The notes beneath the pieces are model-generated. The model had not been told where the DNA came from, did no database searches, and saw only the letters and a program-made list of their open reading frames with translations. The translations under genes were made by a program, and so were the position numbers. Below, in pieces: positions 25,775 to 38,969 of a DNA stretch of 64,000 nt (position 1 is its first letter; each line of letters opens with the position of its first letter). Location: assembly GCF_036321535.1 (NCBI RefSeq), contig NC_087436.1:110796001-110860000 (forward strand), given 5' to 3'. Source of the stretch: Camelus dromedarius (lineage: Eukaryota).

Positions 25775-28536
25775 ACCAGATGGCTTCACTGGGATTCTAC
25801 CAAACATACAAAGAATTCATACCAATCCTTCTCAAACTCTCGCAAAAGACTGAAAAGGAGGCAATACTCCCAAACTCATTCTATAAAACCACCATCACCC
25901 TGATACCAAAACCAGACAAAGACACTATCAAAAAAGATAATTAGAGGCCAAAACCATGGATGAACAGATGCAAAAATCCTCTACAAAATATTAGCAAACA
26001 GAATCCAACAACAGATAAAAAAGATCATACACCATGATCAAGTTGGATTCATCCCAGGGACACAAGGATGGTTCAACATATGCAAATCAATCAATGTGAT
26101 ACACTGTATCAACAAAAGAAAGGACAAAAATCACATAATCATCTGAATACATACAGAAAAAGCATTTAATAAAATTCAACACCCATTTATGATAAAAACT
26201 CCTACCAAAGTGGGTATCCAGGGAACATATCTGAACATAATAAAAACAATTTATGACAAACCCACAGCCTGCGTAATACTCAATGATGAAAAGTTGAACA
26301 CCTTCCCACTAAAATCTGTAACAAGACAAGAATACCAATTCTCATTACTTCTATTCAACATAGTATTGGAAGTCCTAGCCACATTAACCAGGCAAGAAAA
26401 AGCAATAAAAGGGATCCAAACTGGAAAAGAAGTAAAATTGTCACTATATATGGATGACATAATACTATATATAGAAAACCCACACAAAATCTACTAAAGC
26501 TGAAAAATAATTTGGCAAGGTAGCAGGATACAAGATTAAAATACCAAAATCAGTTGCATTTCTTTACACTAACAATGAAATACCAGAAAAAGAAAGTAAA
26601 GAAACAATCCCTTTTAGAGGGAGGGTACAGCTCCAGTAGAGTATATGCCTAGCACACAGAAGGTCCTGGGTTCAGTCCCCAGTACCTCCATCAATAAAAT
26701 AAATAAGTAAACTTAATTGCCTACTCCCCCACCCCAAAAAAGAAACAGTCCCTTTTAAAATCGCATCCAAAACAATAAAATACTTAGGATTAAATCTGAC
26801 CAAGGAGGTGAAAGACTTATACACGGAGAACTACAAAACACTGGTGAAGGAAATTAAAGATGACTTAAAGAAATGGAAAGACATCTCATGCTCTTGGATT
26901 AGAAGAATCAATATTGTTAAAATGGCCATACTGCACAAGGTAATCTACAGATTTTATGTGATCCCTATCAAATTACTCATGACATTTTTCACAGAAAGAG
27001 AACAAATACTAAAATTTATATGGAATCACAAAACACCCAGAATTGCCAAAGCAATACTAAAGAAAAAGAATAAAACTGGAAGAATAACCCTCCCAAACTT
27101 CAAACAATACTACACAGCTACAGTAATCAAAACAGTGTGGTATTGGTACAAAAACAGACATATGGATCACAGAACAGAATAGAGCGCCTAGAAATAAACC
27201 TACAGACCTACAGTCAATTAATCTTTGACAAAGGAGGCAAGAATACACAATGGAGAAAAGACAGTCTCTTCAGCAAGTGGTGTTGGCAAAACTAGATAAT
27301 AGCATATAAACCAATGAAGTTAGAACACTCCCTCACACCATACACAAAAATAAACTCAAATGGCTTAAAGACTTAAATATAAGACAAGACACTATAAACT
27401 TTCTAGAAGAGAACATAGGCAAAACTTTCTCTGACATAATCTTAGCAATGTTTTCCTAGGGCAGTCTACCCAGGCAATAGAAATAAAATAAAAAATAAAC
27501 AAATGGGACCTAATTAAACTTATAAGCTTTTGCACATCAAAAGAAACCATAAGCGAAACGAAACAAAAATCTATGGAATGGGACAAAATATGTGCAAATG
27601 ATGTGACTGACAAAGGTTTAATTCCCAGAATACATAAACAGGTCATACAACTTAACAACAAAAAAACCAAACAACCCAATCTAAACAGAGGCAGAAGACC
27701 GGAACAAACAATTCTCCAATGAAGACATAAAAATAGTCAATAGGCACGTGAAAAACACGCTCAATGTCACGAATTATCAAAGAAAAGCAAATCAAAACTA
27801 CAGTGAGGTACCACCTCACACCAGTCAGAAAGGCCATAATTCAAAAGACCACAAATGATAAATGCTGGAGAGGCTGTGGAGAAAAGGGAACCCTCCTACA
27901 CTGTTGATGGGAATGTAGTTTGGTGCAGCCATTATACAAAACAGTATGGAGATTCCTCAAAAAACTAAAAATAGACTTACCATATGATCTAGCAATCCCA
28001 CTCCTGGGCATATATCCAGAGGGAACTCTAATTCAAAAGATACATGCACCTTAATGTTCATAGCAGCACTATTTACAATAGCCAAGCCAAGTTGATGGAC
28101 AACCTAAATGTCCATCAACAGATGACTGGATAAAGAAGATGTGGTATATTTATACAATGGAATACTACTCAACCATAAAAAAGAATAAAATAATGTCATT
28201 TGCAGCAACATGGATGGACCTGGAGATCATCATTTTAAGTGAAGTAAGCCAGAAAAAGAAAAATACCATATAATATCACTCAGATGTGAAATCTAAAAAA
28301 GAAAAGAGGACACTAATGAACTCATCTACAAAAAAGAAACAGACTTGCAGACATAGTAAACAATCTTATGGTTACCAGAGGAAAGGGATGGGAAGGGATA
28401 AATTTGGGAGTTTGAGATTTGCAAATGTTAACCACTACATAAAAAAACAGATAAAACATTTCTTCTGTACAGCACAGGGAACTATACTCAATATCTTACA
28501 ATAACTTTTAATGGAAAAGAATATGAAAATGCATAT
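25775..28536 (+). mobile_element. Younger LINE-1, 5'-truncated: ORF2 RT, C-terminus and most of the 3' UTR (decayed)
   Basis: ORFs 26189-26497 (…[11 protein letters not shown]…[11 protein letters not shown] YxDD motif) and 26808-27182 ([11 protein letters not shown]…[21 protein letters not shown]) are L1 ORF2p. Confidence 0.95.
26617..26738 (+). mobile_element. Camelid tRNA-derived SINE (Vic-type) inserted in the young L1
   Basis: GGGAGGGTACAGCTC...GGTCCTGGGTTCAGTCCCCAGTACCTCCA head. 19-bp TSD AAAGAAACA(A/G)TCCCTTTTA at 26598-26616 and 26739-26757. Confidence 0.9.
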
Positions 28537-30222
28537 ATGCAGGGAGATATTGACAGTAATACAATAACTGTAGGGGACTTTAACACCCCACTTATATCAA
28601 TGGACAGATCACACAGACAGAAAATTAATAAGGGAACACTGGCCTTAAACAACACATTAGATCACATAAACATAATGGATATTTACAGAACAGTCTATGC
28701 CAAAAAAGTAGAAGACAAATTTTCTTCCAATACACATGGAACATTCTCTAGTATAGATCACACAAGGCCAAAAACCAAGTCTCAATAAAATCAAGTTAGG
28801 CATGTTTTCTGACCACAATGCTATGAGACTAGAAATCAACTACAAGGGGAAAAAAATTGCAAAATAAATAAATAAATAAATAAATAAACAAACAAACATA
28901 GGTTAGCTAAACAACATGCTACTAACCAACAAAAGAGTCAACAAAGAAAGCAAAGAGAAAATTTTAAAAGTATTGAGACAAATTAAAATGGAAACACAAT
29001 GTTTCAAAATCAAGGGTCACAGAAAAAGAAGTTCTAAGTAGGAAGTTTATAGTGATACAGATGTACCTCAGGGAAACACACACGCACACACACACACAAT
29101 ACCTCAAATAAACAATCCAACTTTAAAAAAAAAAAAAAAAACATAAAAAAAGAACTAACAAAGCCCAAAGTCAGTAGAAGGAAAAAATAATAGCAGAGTG
29201 GAAATAAATGAAATAAAGACTAAAAAAAAAAATAGAAAAGATTGATGAAACTGAGAACTGGTTCTTTGAAAAGATAAAAAAACGATCACCCTTTAGCCAG
29301 ATTCATCAAGAAAAAGAGAGGGTCAAATAAATACAACCAGAAATAGAAGAAGTTACAAATGACACCACAGAAATACAAAGGGTCATAAGAGATTACAAAC
29401 AGTTATATGTCAATATATTGGACAAATTAGAAAAAAATGTACAAATTCTTCAAAAAGTACAATGTCCCAAGACCGAATCTGGAAGAAATAGAACATCTGA
29501 ACAGATTGATTACTAGTAATAAAATTGAATCAGTAATCAAAAAAACTCCCAACATACAGAAGTCCAGGACCGGATGACTTCACAGGAGAATTAAACCAAC
29601 CATTTAAAGAAAAGTTAATACCTATCCCTCTCAAAACTATTCCCAAAAAATTGAAGAAGGAATGCCCCAAACTCATTCTACAAAGCCATTACCTTGATAC
29701 CAAAACTGGATAAAGACACTACAAAAAAAGAAAATTACAGGCAATATCACTGATGAACATAGATGCAAAAATCCTCAACATAATATTAGCAAACCAATCT
29801 CAACAATACATTAAATAGACCATGATCAAACAGGATTTATTCCAGGGATGCCAAGATGGTGAAATGCCTACAAATCAATCAACATAAAATACCACATTAG
29901 CAAAACAAAGAATAAAAATCATATGAACATCTCAATAAATGCAAAGAAAAATTTGACAAAATTCAACATCCATTCATGATAAAAACTCTCAGCTAAGTAG
30001 CATATATAGAGGGAACATACCTCAACATAATATAGGCTTTATATGACAAACCCACAGCTAACATCATACTCAATGGTGAAAGCTTTTCCTTTAAGTTCAG
30101 GAATAAGACAAGGATGCCCACTCTCACCACTGTTTTTTTCATCAGAGTACTGTAAGTCCTAGCCATTAGCAATAATGTTAGAAAGAGAAAAAAACAGGCA
30201 TTCAAATCAGAAAGGAAAAGAT
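28537..30222 (+). mobile_element. Older LINE-1 ORF2 (endonuclease to RT), continuing the element at 23890
   Basis: ORF 28537-28788 (GDIDSNTITVGDFNTPLISMDRS...HGTFSSIDH) is the L1 endonuclease. The text continues through RT-region motifs and has internal (AAAT)n and (CA)n expansions. Confidence 0.93.
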
Positions 30223-30350
30223 AATACTCATTAATAATGGAATAATTGAATAAATCATGGTACATTCACATCATGGAATATTATGCAGCAACCAAGAAGA
30301 ATGAGGGGTAAAGAGCCATACCAGTTGGTCTGGAGAATTTTTATGAACAG
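30223..30350 (+). mobile_element. Ancient L1ME-type 3' fragment
   Basis: TTGAATAAATCATGGTACATTCACATCATGGAATATTATGCAGC. Confidence 0.6.
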
Positions 30351-31939
30351 TAGAGAGATAACAATATTGGTATGACTGAAGAGAACTGTGTGATACTGAG
30401 AAATAAAGCTGAAGAAATATGTTCCAATGAGACAATAGGGCTCCTTATGTCATGCTAAAGAGTTTGAAGACTCTCCAAACTACATGATAAAAAGAATAAT
30501 AAGAATGAAAGGTCGGCCCCATAAAAATCTATGCAATACCAATTAATCTAAGGTATCTTTGACTTCCCTATCTTACCTTCCCATCTGTTCTTTATGCCTT
30601 CCTTGCTTCCTTTTAGATTTTCCTAAGAGCAGGATCCTGTTCTAGAAAAATAAACACATTGAGAGATGAGGGGCATATAAGTGAGGTTGCAGCTAAGTGA
30701 TTATTGTACTGAGATCCCTAAAATAAAATGTGACCAAATCAGGCATATGTACTCTAGAAGATACTGTTTTCCAAATATGCTCCACTCTTCTTTTGGTAAC
30801 TTGATTGTGGTGACAGGTCAGCCAGACTATAATTGGTTTTAATTAGCCTCCCTGATGCTGTAATATTCTTTACCTACATACAAACTGTCAAAAAGCACGA
30901 AGAATGGAGGATGAAGGAAAGGGAGGGAGGGAGGAAGGTTGGTTCCTTTTCCACCTTTTTCAAAATGTCAGATAAGTTGTTTTCTACCTGTCTTACAAGC
31001 AAATGCTCCACTTTCCAGTATAAATTAGAGAAAATATGTCACCATGGCAGCTCTCGGAAATAAATGGCTGATCCCTTCAGCAACAGACAATAAACTCAAT
31101 TCTGTCTTTTATGGAACAATGCATTGTTTCCAGGGTCCAGAGAAGAGAAAAATCGCTACATATGCTCCCAAGCTTCTCCTAGTAAGACATTATTTTAGGG
31201 GGCTGCCAAGTAAAAGTTCATATAAATCAAGCAAATACATTTAAAGATGCAAATGTTTTGTATTGCGAGGCATATGGGGACTGTGTCTATATATGTGTCA
31301 TATATTCTGTGAAAACAGGAACAGTGGGGCAATTTCTGACTGACTTGAAAATAATTGTGTACATATTTAAATTTTATCCAAAACATAATAAATTCAAGAC
31401 TCTTCAGCCATACTGAGTCATTTCAGGAACTCCTACTTCTGAGAAGCCACTGTCATTCCCAGCAGAGTCTGAATCAGAAGTCACCTAGGATCCTGACCTG
31501 TAAGGTACTTTTCATCATTAAGATTCCAGGATACTGCATTTTTTTAAATGATGAAAGGGATCAATCAAGATCATCCCCAGGATGAGTCTATGCGAGGCTG
31601 CACAGCTCTATCTTCCTTCCCCTCATGTAACTATTCAGCACATGGTCACAGCTCACTCAGTCCAACTACAGATGGCAAGCAGAGACACTTATGGACACTC
31701 TGTCCCCCAGTCCCCTTTGGCTCCTAGTAAAGACAGAGACAAGAGCTGTGAATGCGTGGAGTTGGCAGCCATTGCTATTCCCTCACCCCTGCCCTAGTCC
31801 TGAAAACCCCTGCCTGAGCAGCCTAGTACCCCCAGACCCTCATCCTCAATGTAACTAGTGGCCTTCAGGTATGAAAAAGACATGAAGTCATTTAGTCCAG
31901 TGATCCTTTGGATACTGAATATAAACTTCCACTTAAGAA

Positions 31940-32640
31940 TTTCCAGGGGTATTGAATTGAGGCAACTTCTTTCACCTTTGGAAAACTAATTACAATTAAT
32001 TTAGTAGTGGTCTTCCTTTACGTGCAGTGGAACTCTGCCACTCTATCCAATACTTATTGCAAAACTTCCACACAAATTTATTCAACCCAAAGTTTCTCAA
32101 TCCCTGGACTTCCTCAACTTCTTTCGTTAATTCCGCTTCTACCTCTTGGTATACTATAGAATAAGAAGACTTTGTATAATTATGCACCTTTCATAATACC
32201 TCTGCAAACACAAAGTCTCTCTTGTTATCAAACATCCCAATTCCTTGATAAATATCTCTTTATCAATGGCTTCAAATTGCTTCACTATCCTTGATACTCC
32301 CTGTGTATAGTCTCAAGATTATCTACGTTATTGTTAACTTGTGGCATCAAAAACTGAATACAATAGCCCAGAAGTGGACTGAGTAGCTCAGGGTAGAGTA
32401 GAAACATCTTTTTTTCATTTTAAATGTTATGTGTCCAATACTGCTACCAATGGTCATGTTATCTTTTTAGAAACTACATAATGCTATAGGGTTTGTGGCC
32501 AGTTAAAAATATTTATGTTTCATGTGTACAAGAAAATTATATCTCCTTGATCCTATCTGCAGCTAAATTTGGGAACTTACATGTATGATATAATTATCCT
32601 GATTTTGTTTAACCTTCTCAGATGTGGCCCATCCTCTGAA
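31940..32640 (-). mobile_element. CR1/L3 LINE remnant
   Basis: AAAACTGAATACAATAGCCCAGAAGTGGACTGAGTAGCTCAGGGTAGAG resembles the antisense CR1/L3 RT 3' region. Very diverged. Confidence 0.55.
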
Positions 32641-32779
32641 TATAACTCCTCTAGACCATATCCACAATCAAGAATCCCTTCTACCAACTCCCACCCAGGT
32701 TAGCTAGTCTATCTTAAAGCTGAACTCACAGCCTCTTAACAAAGTATCTATTTGCCACAGACATTTTGAGTAGGTAACT

Positions 32780-33350
32780 GTTCTTTTTAGTGCATTCCTC
32801 CTCCCCTGTTCCTTAATTCAATGAATAGCATCACCACCTATCTCTTCAGTTCTCCAAGTTAACAATCTAGGAGGAATCACTGGCTCCCTCCCTCCCTACA
32901 TCTTATCAGTCAAAGTCCTACAGAGGCTACCTCCTAAATATCGCTCGGACCTATGATTTTGCCTTCATTCTCATCACCACTCCCCTTTTTAGACCAAAGT
33001 CTTCCCATTGCCAAATATGGAAACAGCCACTTTCTCTCTTTCTCCCACTTTCCCCCTACAATTCAAATCTCATCATTTCTCTCCCCACTTAAAACCGTTC
33101 CATAGCCCCTTATTGGCTTAAATCATTAAACTGCTCATAAGGCCCTTGATTCCTTCTCCAACTTCAGTCACCATCGGCATGCAACAGCATTCTGTGCTCT
33201 TCACAGCTTTTGCTCGAGGAGCGTATGTCCATGCTGTCCCTACTGCTTTGAACATTCTCTGTCCCTACCTCTTTAGCCAAACATCAGAGCTCCACTTGAG
33301 CCCTTTCCATAAGAAGCCTCCATTGACTGCACTCTCAAGAACGGCCCCGA
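32780..33350 (+). mobile_element. LINE-2 fragment
   Basis: ATGAATAGCATCACCACC...CTACCTCCTAAATATC...CCACTTAAAACCGTTCCATAGC. Confidence 0.65.
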
Positions 33351-33429
33351 TGCCCTCCCCATCTGCTCCACTGGCAGACCAACTTCATGCTGTCGTAATT
33401 GTTCACAGTCACTCCAACCTCTTTCCTCC

Positions 33430-33662
33430 ATAGTCACATCTCCTACTACTATAGTTCACCCTCTTCTCTTCACCTTCACTTTTATAACGATCCTTGTGAT
33501 TACACTGGATTCCCCCTGGATAATCCAGAATACTCTCCTCCATCTCAAGATCTTTAATCACATTTATAAAGTCCCATTTACCATGTAAGATAGCATAGCT
33601 TCTGGAATTTAGGATGTGGACATACTTACGGGGAGCGAGAGGTTGTTATTCAGCTTACCGCA
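33430..33662 (-). mobile_element. MaLR LTR fragment (MLT1C/D-like)
   Basis: CCTTGTGATTACACTGG...GGATAATCCAGAATACTCTCC...ATCTCAAGATC...AGGATGTGGACAT. Confidence 0.8.
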
Positions 33663-33664
33663 TG

Positions 33665-34020
33665 AGGTGAGAGTTAAGACGCAGAGAGGGAAAAGTGTTC
33701 TAGGGCAAAGGAACAGCATGTGCAATGGCTCTGAGATAAAGAGTACAGAGCAATGTGCTCCTTAAAAAGGGCAATGTAGGTAGAACCTAGACAGCAAAAG
33801 AAAAGATTTTGTGAGATGAAAGGGTGGATGTAAAAATGGGCCAGATGGTACAGAGTCTTGTTAGTCATGTTGAGAATCTTGGCTCCAGTCTTAACAGCAA
33901 TGGGAATCAACTGGAGGCCACCAAGCATTGGGAGTGATTATCATCAGATTTATATTTTTTTAGATCTCTCTGGTTTCAGTGTGAAGAATCTAATAGAAGT
34001 GCCAAGGATGGGAGTGGAGG
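33665..34020 (-). mobile_element. LINE-2 fragment (antisense)
   Basis: TTCTAGGGCAAAGGAACAGCATGTGCAATGGCTCTGAG...AGCAATGGGAATCAACTGGAGG. Confidence 0.75.
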
Positions 34021-35234
34021 GAAATTTCATTTATACTCCTGGAAAATGTCTGAGATCATAAATTCATAATTCTAGGCATCTCAGGGTAACTGCAGCATTA
34101 TTATCAATACTACTACTACTCAATAACCAAATTTCCTTAAATTTTCCATTGCTTGCATTTCACAAACCTTTATCAATACTCACCACCATTTTGTGAAATA
34201 GAAATTACTAAGCCTTTTAGGTAGATGAGAAGACTAAGGCTCAAAATGTTAACTATCTTGCCCGAGGTAGTTCATCCAAACAGAAGCTGAGCAAAAACTA
34301 GAACCAAGATTTCTGACTCCCAGTCCAATGCTTTTATACTTTAATTAGCATGTTTCCCCCCTAAAAGCTAACCTTTTAACAAGCCCAGTGAGTTTTCATT
34401 ATAACTTTATAAACTGGGTCTCTGTTACTTTCCCATTGTCTAGGCATGAAAGCAGGTGTTAACACAGTACTGAGTTTAACTGGTCACAATATTTGACGAT
34501 CACTACCTTCACCATATCACTTTAGAACATCCCTGAACAACATGGGTCAACTTACATCCCACACTCATTGGTCAAAGGAGGGGAAAAAAGTCCTCAGAGT
34601 TGTTGCTTCATTTGTAGTTCAGAGAATGGCAACAACTTTCTGCTTGTAAGTTAGTTTGGAAAAAAAATGAGTCTCTGAGGTTTTTGACTTGTCTTTCCCC
34701 CAGCAGGCTCCTTGCTACTCTCTGCTCAGCATAACAGACCATTAAACATGGTGGATCTAATGTAATGACTCATATAGCATGTTTGCTCCTTCCCATCACA
34801 TTAATCACCAGTTTCTGCACTATTCTGTTTGTTTGAAAGAAGCAATAATGCAAATCCTCATAATAGGAACCCTCAATTAAAGTGAATTCATTTCCCCTGT
34901 ACCTTAGCACAAAGAGATAGAATCAAATGACAGTGAAACAAGCCAATGGACATTTTAAGGAAGCAAGTAAAAAAAAAAAAAATACTTCCAGTTGCTGACA
35001 TGGAGCCAGGACACAGTAAATTATGTGAGAAAACCAAGAATGACAAAAGTCCCAAATCCTACGTTTGCCATTAAAGATGTGACCGGTTGCCTACTAATCT
35101 CATTCACTAATTCATTAAATCACTCAAGTCGAGTCAGGAGACAGAAACTAAGCAGAGACTGAGATGTCAAGATGATAAAGAGACAGACCCAGGTCTCAAG
35201 GAGCTCTCGCTCTGGTGCTGGGAAAAAAGCATTG

Positions 35235-35835
35235 CACTAGCTAGGACACTGACTATAAAAGGAGCTAATTTCAACCCAAACTGACCTAAACACACAAAAA
35301 AAGAAATGGTGAGATCCTCAATACTCACTGAAAATTCCAGTTGCTTCAGGTATTTCTATATTCAGATATCTAACATAATTTTGTCTCTCTTCATTGAAAT
35401 CTCTGCTTTCTTCCATGTTAGTTTCTGTAACTGTCAGTTTCTACAAATCTGGTAGCAAAATCACGTTCAGCCACTCCAGGCTTATATTTCTGCAAGCAGA
35501 GACCTGAAAAGTACACTTGTCCCTGGGCTTTGCCCTATCTTGATGACTTTGGGTCCCTTGTCACCACCATATAAAGAAGACCAAGCTAGACTCCTGGACA
35601 ATGGAGCAGAGATCAGCCATCCCACCTGAGGTGTCTCCTAGATCAACCAGCCCCAGGCCAACCTGCTAACTGACCAATGACATGTGAGTGAGTTCCATCT
35701 GAGACCTGCAAAAGAGCCACCCAACTCAACCCAGCCCAAATTGCCACCCACAGAATTGTGAAGGAAAGAAAGGATTGTCATCTTAAACCACTAAATGGTA
35801 GGATGATCTATCATGAAGTAAAACCTAACCACCAC
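35235..35835. mobile_element. MaLR LTR fragments (antisense old MLT1, then sense MLT1G/H-like 3' half)
   Basis: GCCACCCAACTCAACCCAGCCCAAATTGCCACCCACAGAATTGTGA...TTAAACCACTAAAT. Confidence 0.6.
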
Positions 35836-37044
35836 ACCCACTAACAGTAGTTTTGGCACTGTGCTCTGAGAAAAGCTTTAAGGAAAATGAAGACCTCTTG
35901 GTTTCTACATTTAATGCTCTTTTAGGTCACAATATTATCACCTGCAATGTTTTAAATATGAAATATAAAGGTTCTTATCACAGATCATCGAGGTAAGTGC
36001 ACCTGAATCTCAGATTTGTAATTAGTGACAGCTTCTGGAATTATCTTAGAAGTTCACAAAGGTGTTTACCTCAATCACACAACATCATCCCTTCATGGAC
36101 TAATATACCTCCCTTTGTCAAAACAAACATGGGCTCCAATTATTGTAAACCAAATAAGTGCATTACAATTTTTAAGAGGCTTCTAACCCTCACAAGATGA
36201 TTTTAATCCAGGGAATCTTAAAATTAATAAACTGTGAAAGGTGCATCAGTTCTTGTTGGATGAAAATGAACATTCATACCCTGCTGATGAGTCATTAAGA
36301 CACCTCAACAGTAAGAAATAAAATAACACTGTTAGTTTCACTAGGAGTGGCCCAGTTAATTAAGTTAATAGCAAAGATCAAAATGCTGGGAACATGTGCT
36401 TACGAGGAACTGCAAATCTGATAAGTTTATTAAATAATAACATTTCCATCAGCTGTAACAAAACCTTTAAAAAATGATAACAAAAATAGCAAAGTGGGAG
36501 TTTACAGGGAAGAGAAAGGAAATATCAGCTCAAAAAGTCATTCCAGATATGTCTTCCTTCCCAGTACACACTGTGAAGACGTCATTCCCAACTCCTTAGG
36601 GAGGCAAAGGTGTGAGTGGATAGAGACGCTAATTGTGCATTAGCTCAGTTAGCTAAATTCAGATGGGGCAACATCGCATGGACTGACAGAATAGGTCATA
36701 AAATTGTAAATTCCGGGCAGACTACTGCAAATGGCTTTTAAAGAAGCAAGCCACTTCCCGTTCTCCAAAAACCACAAACTGGAAGCTGGGAATTATATAT
36801 CTCAACAGAATGGCAAAATTCACCCTAGAGAAGCTGATAACCAGTGAGTGAAATCTGCAGAAACAAAGGGTAGAGATCAGCTCCTGAAGCAACATCTAGG
36901 AATGTCCTTATTATAATACACAACTAATGTTGGGCTAGAAGAAGGTAAGTTAAAATGGAAATTGGAAATTCAACTCAAGGAGACCAGGAAGTTGACTATC
37001 AGGTATTCATAAGCATTAGGCCAATCATTTTCCTTTGTTACAAG

Positions 37045-37812
37045 CAGCACAATTTATCCATTCTACTGTTGATGGGCATGTGGGTGGTTTTCATTTTGTG
37101 ACATTGCAAGTGGTGCTGCTATGAACTATCTCGTGTCTCCTGGTGCACAGGTACAAGAGTTATTTTAGGGCTGTAGCTATCATTAAAATCACCTGGGGAA
37201 TTTTTACTAGATACTGATCCCCTGGTCCCATCACACACCAACTAAATGATTCAAAATACAGGAGCAGAAGTGGGGGAGGTAGGGGAAATGAGGGATGGCA
37301 GGGGGATGGGAAGGTGGAATGTCAAGCATTTTTTTCAACATTCAATTTGTAATTATTCAAATTTCACCAACTGTCTCAAAAATGTATTTTACACCTGTTT
37401 TCCTTTATTTTCCACTTCAGGACCCTGTGTAGGCCCATATCCTGTGTTTAATTGTTAATCTATGATCTCTCAACCTAAAACAGTCTCTCTCCCTTTTCTT
37501 TAATTATGACATTGACTTTCTAAAGAGTCCAGACCAGTTGTCTTATAGAAAGTCCCACATTCTGGACTGTTTCCTTACAATGTCATGTATCTTGATCTCC
37601 TATCCTCTGCATCTCATGTAAACTGGAAGTTAGGGTACAGACACTTGATTAGATTCAGGTTAAACTTTTTAGTAAGAGCACTTCCTAGGCAATGCTGTGA
37701 ACTACTGTATCACACCAAGAGACCCATGACCTCAGGGTATCCTCACAGTTAGTGGCACCAGGATGGTCACTTGGCTAGGAGGTAATTGTTCTATCTCTGC
37801 AAGATGACTTTT
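37045..37812 (-). mobile_element. Old L1 3'-end fragments (L1ME/L1MC4-like), with a short MER5-like piece at about 37170-37250
   Basis: TTATCCATTCTACTGTTGATGGGCAT; ATGACATTGACTTTCTAAAGAGTCCAGACCAGTTGTCTTATAGAA; TTGATTAGATTCAGGTTAAAC. Confidence 0.7.
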
Positions 37813-38969
37813 TAATTGAAATTAAGAGGAATGGCCTCAGTGATTCTAGGTACCTTTAAACAGGAATGGCTTTCAGACTTGTCTCCCATTTCAGCGGACA
37901 AAGTTATGGCTTTGGAGTCATTCAGAAAAACTGAAGAAACACAATGATACTTGCCTTCCTCATTCGAGAGCCTAAACACAGAAATCAATTTTAGCACTTT
38001 TTAAGTATCTACTCTGTTTTGGACCCACTATGCTTTATCTCATTTAATCCTCACAGTAAGCTCATGAGGTTATAATTACCCTCATGATTTTAAAAAAAAA
38101 GGGACACTGAGGCTCAGGAAGAGCAAGTCACAGGCTCACAAAGGAAGCACAAAGCGAGAACTCAAACTCAGCTTTACATGGCTCCAAAGCCTCTTGTCAC
38201 TGTCCAAAGCTCCTAACCATAACCAGTCCTCATCTCCCTCCTAATCAGTGTCTTTCTTCCTGTAGGCCTGTAACCCTAAATGAGGGAGACCAATCCACCT
38301 GTCATTCCCTCTTAATTGGAATCAAAGTCTCCTACCACTTTCATAACCCTTCTGATTCTATCCTCATCCAGGATTAAAACACCTTGACTACATTCCAGTT
38401 AACTGAGTCTTTTGTGGAAGAGTAAGCAATGTTTCCTCTTAGAGCAGCCACCTGAAACCCACAAAGGTTAAATGTACAACAGAGTCACAATAAATCAAAG
38501 ACCATAGTGCTTCAAAAGCAGTGTAGGGCTTGTACTGAACAATGCAGCTCTCAATGAAACTCAACTGCTAAGGATGCTGTGGAATTGAAACACAAAGACA
38601 ACAGAAAGATCAATTAGGTATCTGTGAATGGAGTGAAGCTTTGAAAAACAGGTTCAGAACACAAAAATAATTATGGCTAAAATCTATTGAGCAATTTTCC
38701 AGCAAGTACTTCACCAGATTATCTGCAATCATTTTCACAACAACTCTAGGAGTTAAGTATTAAACAAATCCCCATTTTACAGGTGGAAAAACTAAGGATC
38801 AGACAGCTAAGAAAACTAGCTGAGCTAGAATGTAAACCCAAACTATCTGATTCCAGATTCATATGCTGAATCATTCTTCAGTATCTTCCTGCCTGCACAA
38901 ATGTTAACAGCAAAACTAATATAGAAACTCAAGCTAACCAAACTCTCCTCTACAACATTCAAAGTGTTA

